NCBI GenBank assembly: GCA_046563655.1
Contig: CM102290.1
Location: 3,658,001-3,722,000, forward strand
Direction: 5' to 3'
Source of the DNA: Yuukianura sp. NJ FZ-2021
Taxonomy: Eukaryota
Length of the DNA stretch: 64,000 nucleotides
A program made the translations under genes and the position numbers. The stretch's first letter is position 1. Each line of letters begins with the position of its first letter. Below are positions 58,857 to 64,000 of the stretch, piece by piece. The notes under the pieces were generated by a model. The model was not told the origin of the DNA, made no database searches, and saw only the letters and a program-made list of their open reading frames with translations.

Positions 58857-61800
58857 ACACCAAGATCCATACGACAGAGGACTAGTCAATGACTACGCTC
58901 GAGATTCCGGCCCCGATTCACTCGAACTGGCACACTCCGGACTCACCGAGAGAGATTCACACCCCTCCCTGCCCTGTGTCACCTGAACAGCTACTTGCAA
59001 GCCTCGATCCGTCTTCGCGCCCAGTCTACTACAATGCCGTATGTTCTAGCGTATAGGAAAAAAACCGAAAGTCCCGTTAAATGTCAAGTCAAGTCTCGTT
59101 AACTCTAATAATAACACTTCTGCTGCGCATTCAAGCAAGAGACACAGGGACTAAGTTTTTTACCACATCCCCGAACCAATGCGGATTGAGACTTTGAAAC
59201 GATCTGTGCATGGACACATTCGCCAAGAAGTGATTCCGTAGGTTTCGGTTGTGGGATTTAGTATGTGTTCCTAAGTGATGGTGCAGAGAAGGTGTAGTCC
59301 AAAATTTAGAAATATTATTTAGAAAGGAGTTGTTTTCCCTTTTTGCGTTTTAAGAAAATTCGGATACGTTAAGTAAATTTTTTAAGTTGAGATTCGACTT
59401 GTGAAAAACTAAATTCGGAATTAGTCTACACGAAGATCCATACGACAGAGGACTAGTCAATGACTACGCTCGAGATTCCGGCCCCGGTTCACTCGAACTG
59501 GCACACTCCGGACTCACCGAGAGAGATTCACACCCCTCCCTGCCCTGTGTCACCTGAACAGCTACTTGCAAGCCTCGATCCGTCTTCGCGCCCAGTCTAC
59601 TACAATGCCGTATGTTCTAGCGTATAGGAAAAAAACCGAAAGTCCCGTTAAATGTCAAGTCAAGTCTCGTTAACTCTAATAATAACACTTCTGCTGCGCA
59701 TTCAAGCAAGAGACACAGGGACTAAGTTTTTTACCACATCCCCGAACCAATGCGGATTGAGACTTTGAAACGATCTGTGCATGGACACATTCGCCAAGAA
59801 GTGATTCCGTAGGTTTCGGTTGTGGGATTTAGTATGTGTTCCTAAGTGATGGTGCAGAGAAGGTTTAGTCAAAAATTTAGAAATATTATTTAGAAAGGAG
59901 TTGTTTTCCCTTTTTGCGTTTTAAGAAATTTCGGATACGTTAAGTAAATTTTTTAAGTTGAGATTCGACTTGTGAAAAACTAAATTCGGAATTAGTCTAC
60001 ACGAAGATCCATACGACAGAGGACTAGTCAATGACTACGCTCGAGATTCCGGCCCCGGTTCACTCGAACTGGCACACTCCGGACTCACCGAGAGAGATTC
60101 ACACCCCTCCCTGCCCTGTGTCACCTGAACAGCTACTTGCAAGCCTCGATCCGTCTTCGCGCCCAGTCTACTACAATGCCGTATGTTCTAGCGTATAGGA
60201 AAAAAACCGAAAGTCCCGTTAAATGTCAAGTCAAGTCTCGTTAACTCTAATAATAACACTTCTGCTGCGCATTCAAGCAAGAGACACAGGGACTAAGTTT
60301 TTTACCACATCCCCGAACCAATGCGGATTGAGACTTTGAAACGATCTGTGCATGGACACATTCGCCAAGAAGTGATTCCGTAGGTTTCGGTTGTGGGATT
60401 TAGTATGTGTTCCTAAGTGATGGTGCAGAGAAGGTTTAGTCCAAAATTTAGAAATATTATTTAGAAAGGAGTTGTTTTCCCTTTTTGCGTTTTAAGAAAA
60501 TTCGGATACGTTAAGTAAATTTTTTAAGTTGAGATTCGACTTGTGAAAAACTAAATTCGGAATTAGTCTACACGAAGATCCATACGACAGAGGACTAGTC
60601 AATGACTACGCTCGAGATTCCGGCCCCGGTTCACTCGAACTGGCACACTCCGGACTCACCGAGAGAGATTCACACCCCTCCCTGCCCTGTGTCACCTGAA
60701 CAGCTACTTGCAAGCCTCGATCCGTCTTCGCGCCCAGTCTACTACAATGCCGTATGTTCTAGCGTATAGGAAAAAAACCGAAAGTCCCGTTAAATGTCAA
60801 GTCAAGTCTCGTTAACTCTAATAATAACACTTCTGCTGCGCATTCAAGCAAGAGACACAGGGACTAAGTTTTTTACCACATCCCCGAACCAATGCGGATT
60901 GAGACTTTGAAACGATCTGTGCATGGACACATTCGCCAAGAAGTGATTCCGTAGGTTTCGGTTGTGGGATTTAGTATGTGTTCCTAAGTGATGGTGCAGA
61001 GAAGGTGTAGTCCAAAATTTAGAAATATTATTTAGAAAGGAGTTGTTTTCCCTTTTTGCGTTTTAAGAAAATTCGGATACGTTAAGTAAATTTTTTAAGT
61101 TGAGATTCGACTTGTGAAAAACTAAATTCGGAATTAGTCTACACGAAGATCCATACGACAGAGGACTAGTCAATGACTACGCTCGAGATTCCGGCCCCGG
61201 TTCACTCGAACTGGCACACTCCGGACTCACCGAGAGAGATTCACACCCCTCCCTGCCCTGTGTCACCTGAACAGCTACTTGCAAGCCTCGATCCGTCTTC
61301 GCGCCCAGTCTACTACAATGCCGTATGTTCTAGCGTATAGGAAAAAACCGAAAGTCCCGTTAAATGTCAAGTCAAGTCTCGTTAACTCTAATAATAACAC
61401 TTCTGCTGCGCATTCAAGCAAGAGACACAGGGACTAAGTTTTTTACCACATCCCCGAACCAATGCGGATTGAGACTTTGAAACGATCTGTGCATGGACAC
61501 ATTCGCCAAGAAGTGATTCCGTAGGTTTCGGTTGTGGGATTTAGTATGTGTTCCTAAGTGATGGTGCAGAGAAGGTTTAGTCAAAAATTTAGAAATATTA
61601 TTTAGAAAGGAGTTGTTTTCCCTTTTTGCGTTTTAAGAAAATTCGGATACGTTAAGTAAATTTTTTAAGTTGAGATTCGACTTGTGAAAAACTAAATTCG
61701 GAATTAGTCTACACGAAGATCCATACGACAGAGGACTAGTCAATGACTACGCTCGAGATTCCGGCCCCGGTTCACTCGAACTGGCACACTCCGGACTCAC

Positions 61801-63405
61801 CGAGAGAGATTCACACCCCTCCCTGCCCTGTGTCACCTGAACAGCTACTTGCAAGCCTCGATCCGTCTTCGCGCCCAGTCTACTACAATGCCGTATGTTC
61901 TAGCGTATAGGAAAAAAACCGAAAGTCCCGTTAAATGTCAAGTCAAGTCTCGTTAACTCTAATAATAACACTTCTGCTGCGCATTCAAGCAAGAGACACA
62001 GGGACTAAGTTTTTTACCACATCCCCGAACCAATGCGGATTGAGACTTTGAAACGATCTGTGCATGGACACATTCGCCAAGAAGTGATTCCGTAGGTTTC
62101 GGTTGTGGGATTTAGTATGTGTTCCTAAGTGATGGTGCAGAGAAGGTTTAGTCAAAAATTTAGAAATATTATTTAGAAAGGAGTTGTTTTCCCTTTTTGC
62201 GTTTTAAGAAATTTCGGATACGTTAAGTAAATTTTTTAAGTTGAGATTCGACTTGTGAAAAACTAAATTCGGAATTAGTCTACACGAAGATCCATACGAC
62301 AGAGGACTAGTCAATGACTACGCTCGAGATTCCGGCCCCGGTTCACTCGAACTGGCACACTCCGGACTCACCGAGAGAGATTCACACCCCTCCCTGCCCT
62401 GTGTCACCTGAACAGCTACTTGCAAGCCTCGATCCGTCTTCGCGCCCAGTCTACTACAATGCCGTATGTTCTAGCGTATAGGAAAAAAACCGAAAGTCCC
62501 GTTAAATGTCAAGTCAAGTCTCGTTAACTCTAATAATAACACTTCTGCTGCGCATTCAAGCAAGAGACACAGGGACTAAGTTTTTTACCACATCCCCGAA
62601 CCAATGCGGATTGAGACTTTGAAACGATCTGTGCATGGACACATTCGCCAAGAAGTGATTCCGTAGGTTTCGGTTGTGGGATTTAGTATGTGTTCCTAAG
62701 TGATGGTGCAGAGAAGGTTTAGTCAAAAATTTAGAAATATTATTTAGAAAGGAGTTGTTTTCCCTTTTTGCGTTTTAAGAAAATTTCGGATACGTTAAGT
62801 AAATTTTTTAAGTTGAGATTCGACTTGTGAAAAACTAAATTCGGAATTAGTCTACACGAAGATCCATACGACAGAGGACTAGTCAATGACTACGCTCGAG
62901 ATTCCGGCCCCGGTTCACTCGAACTGGCACACTCCGGACTCACCGAGAGAGATTCACACCCCTCCCTGCCCTGTGTCACCTGAACAGCTACTTGCAAGCC
63001 TCGATCCGTCTTCGCGCCCAGTCTACTACAATGCCGTATGTTCTAGCGTATAGGAAAAAAACCGAAAGTCCCGTTAAATGTCAAGTCAAGTCTCGTTAAC
63101 TCTAATAATAACACTTCTGCTGCGCATTCAAGCAAGAGACACAGGGACTAAGTTTTTTACCACATCCCCGAACCAATGCGGATTGAGACTTTGAAACGAT
63201 CTGTGCATGGACACATTCGCCAAGAAGTGATTCCGTAGGTTTCGGTTGTGGGATTTAGTGTGTGTTCCTAAGTGATGGTGCAGAGAAGGTTTAGTCAAAA
63301 ATTTAGAAATATTATTTAGAAAGGAGTTGTTTTCCCTTTTTGCGTTTTAAGAAATTTCGGATACGTTAAGTAAATTTTTTAAGTTGAGAGTCGACTTGTG
63401 AAAAC
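58857..63405. repeat. Tandem array of 8 near-identical 570-572-bp units (last one slightly truncated)
   Basis: aagatccatacgacagagg starts at 58862, 59433, 60004, 60575, 61146, 61716, 62287 and 62859; only a few differences between copies; no ORF of 60 aa or more in the track. Confidence 0.98.
58880..59261 (+). ncRNA. Candidate structured non-coding RNA in each array unit (copy 1 coordinates); family unassigned
   Basis: Nested helices found by eye: CCCTGTGTC/GACACAGGG, TGAA/TTCA, CAGC/GCTG; CTAAGTT/GATTTAG, CCACA/TGTGG, CCGAA/TTCGG, TGCGGA/TCCGTA; TCCGG/CCGGA enclosing CCGGTTC/GAACTGG. No expression evidence. Confidence 0.35.
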
Positions 63406-63570
63406 TTTCATAGTTAAAACGTAGAAATTTTAGAGAGTTCTTTTCAATTTTTGCGTTTTAAGAAATTTCAGCTACGTTTTAAGTAAAATTTAATGTTAAG
63501 TAAATTTACGTAAGTAAATTTTTTGATTAAGTTGAGATTCGAGTTGCCAAAAACTAAATTCGGAATTAAT
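63406..63570. repeat. Diverged extra copy of the AT-rich tail of the array unit
   Basis: ttttgcgttttaagaaatttc...aagtaaatttttt...taagttgagattcgagttgccaaaaactaaattcggaatta recurs with substitutions and indels. Confidence 0.8.
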
Positions 63571-64000
63571 CCCAAATTTTGAAAATCTGAGAAAAGAAAT
63601 GCCTGCTGGTTGACATATTACACAATTGCAAACTGACGTGACTATTCGCTATTTCAAATTCCTTATTTTTTCAAGTTTTTTTCCCATGATTTCTAAAACC
63701 GTCCCTATGGATAAAACCGGATAAAAATATGATCCACACTCGTAACATAATGCCTATAATAACACTCTACACTCGTAAAAACCTGCGAATCGGCAGTCTG
63801 AAATATCTGGTTTTCGGAGGAATAGACATACCCGATTGGTTGCTCCATGTGCTTATCATGTTTACTTTCAAATTGTTATTATTCATATTCGTGCATCGCA
63901 AACACAAATCACACCTTAACAGTTAATTCGTGTTTGGAAAAAGATGAACGAGAATGAGAGAGGGAAGATGACATGGAGAAAGAAGCCATCACTAAAAATC

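Noticed and set aside
59144..59300. Group I intron R/S-like motifs (CAGGGACTA ... AAGGTGTAGTCC)
   Set aside because: No convincing P3, P4 or P8; the S-like motif varies among copies; nuclear group I introns are not expected in arthropods.
58857..59430. Hammerhead, HDV-like or twister ribozyme, or telomerase RNA, in the unit
   Set aside because: No CTGANGA core on either strand, no HDV or twister topology that I could build by eye, and no CCTAACC template. A covariance search is still warranted.
58857..63405. Array as 5S rRNA, U2, U6 or U6atac genes, or as a CRISPR array
   Set aside because: Only short resemblances (minus-strand ATCACTTCTTGGC to the U2 5' end; GCAGAGAAGGTTTAG to the U6 ACAGAGA region) without the rest of those RNAs. 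Units are identical throughout, with no unique spacers.

Overview
AT-rich, intron-containing eukaryotic DNA, almost certainly arthropod (Stubble orthologue, CCTAA/TTAGG-type motifs); the species cannot be determined from the sequence. Spliced genes reconstructed by hand, left to right: a two-exon mini-gene resembling only the RPAP3/Spaghetti N-terminus; a Stubble-type clip serine protease with one GC-AG intron; SHQ1; an HPS5/TECPR2-like WD40 protein; CIAO1; a C15orf61 (DUF4528) homologue whose last intron is packed with nested inverted-repeat elements; a long gene for a conserved uncharacterised protein (36.3-53.0 kb, possibly starting at 26.4 kb) carrying many perfect nuclear-receptor elements; NIF3L1 on the minus strand; and a divergent two-exon orphan gene. 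Several MITE/foldback elements are present, two sharing 6-bp TSDs and a telomere-like core. The most unexplained feature is an array of eight near-identical ~571-bp units (58.86-63.40 kb). Its GC-richer part folds by eye into several long multi-segment helices with G-U pairs favouring the + strand, so it is a candidate tandemly amplified structured non-coding RNA that I cannot assign to a known family. All family assignments come from recalled sequence similarity, not from database searches.
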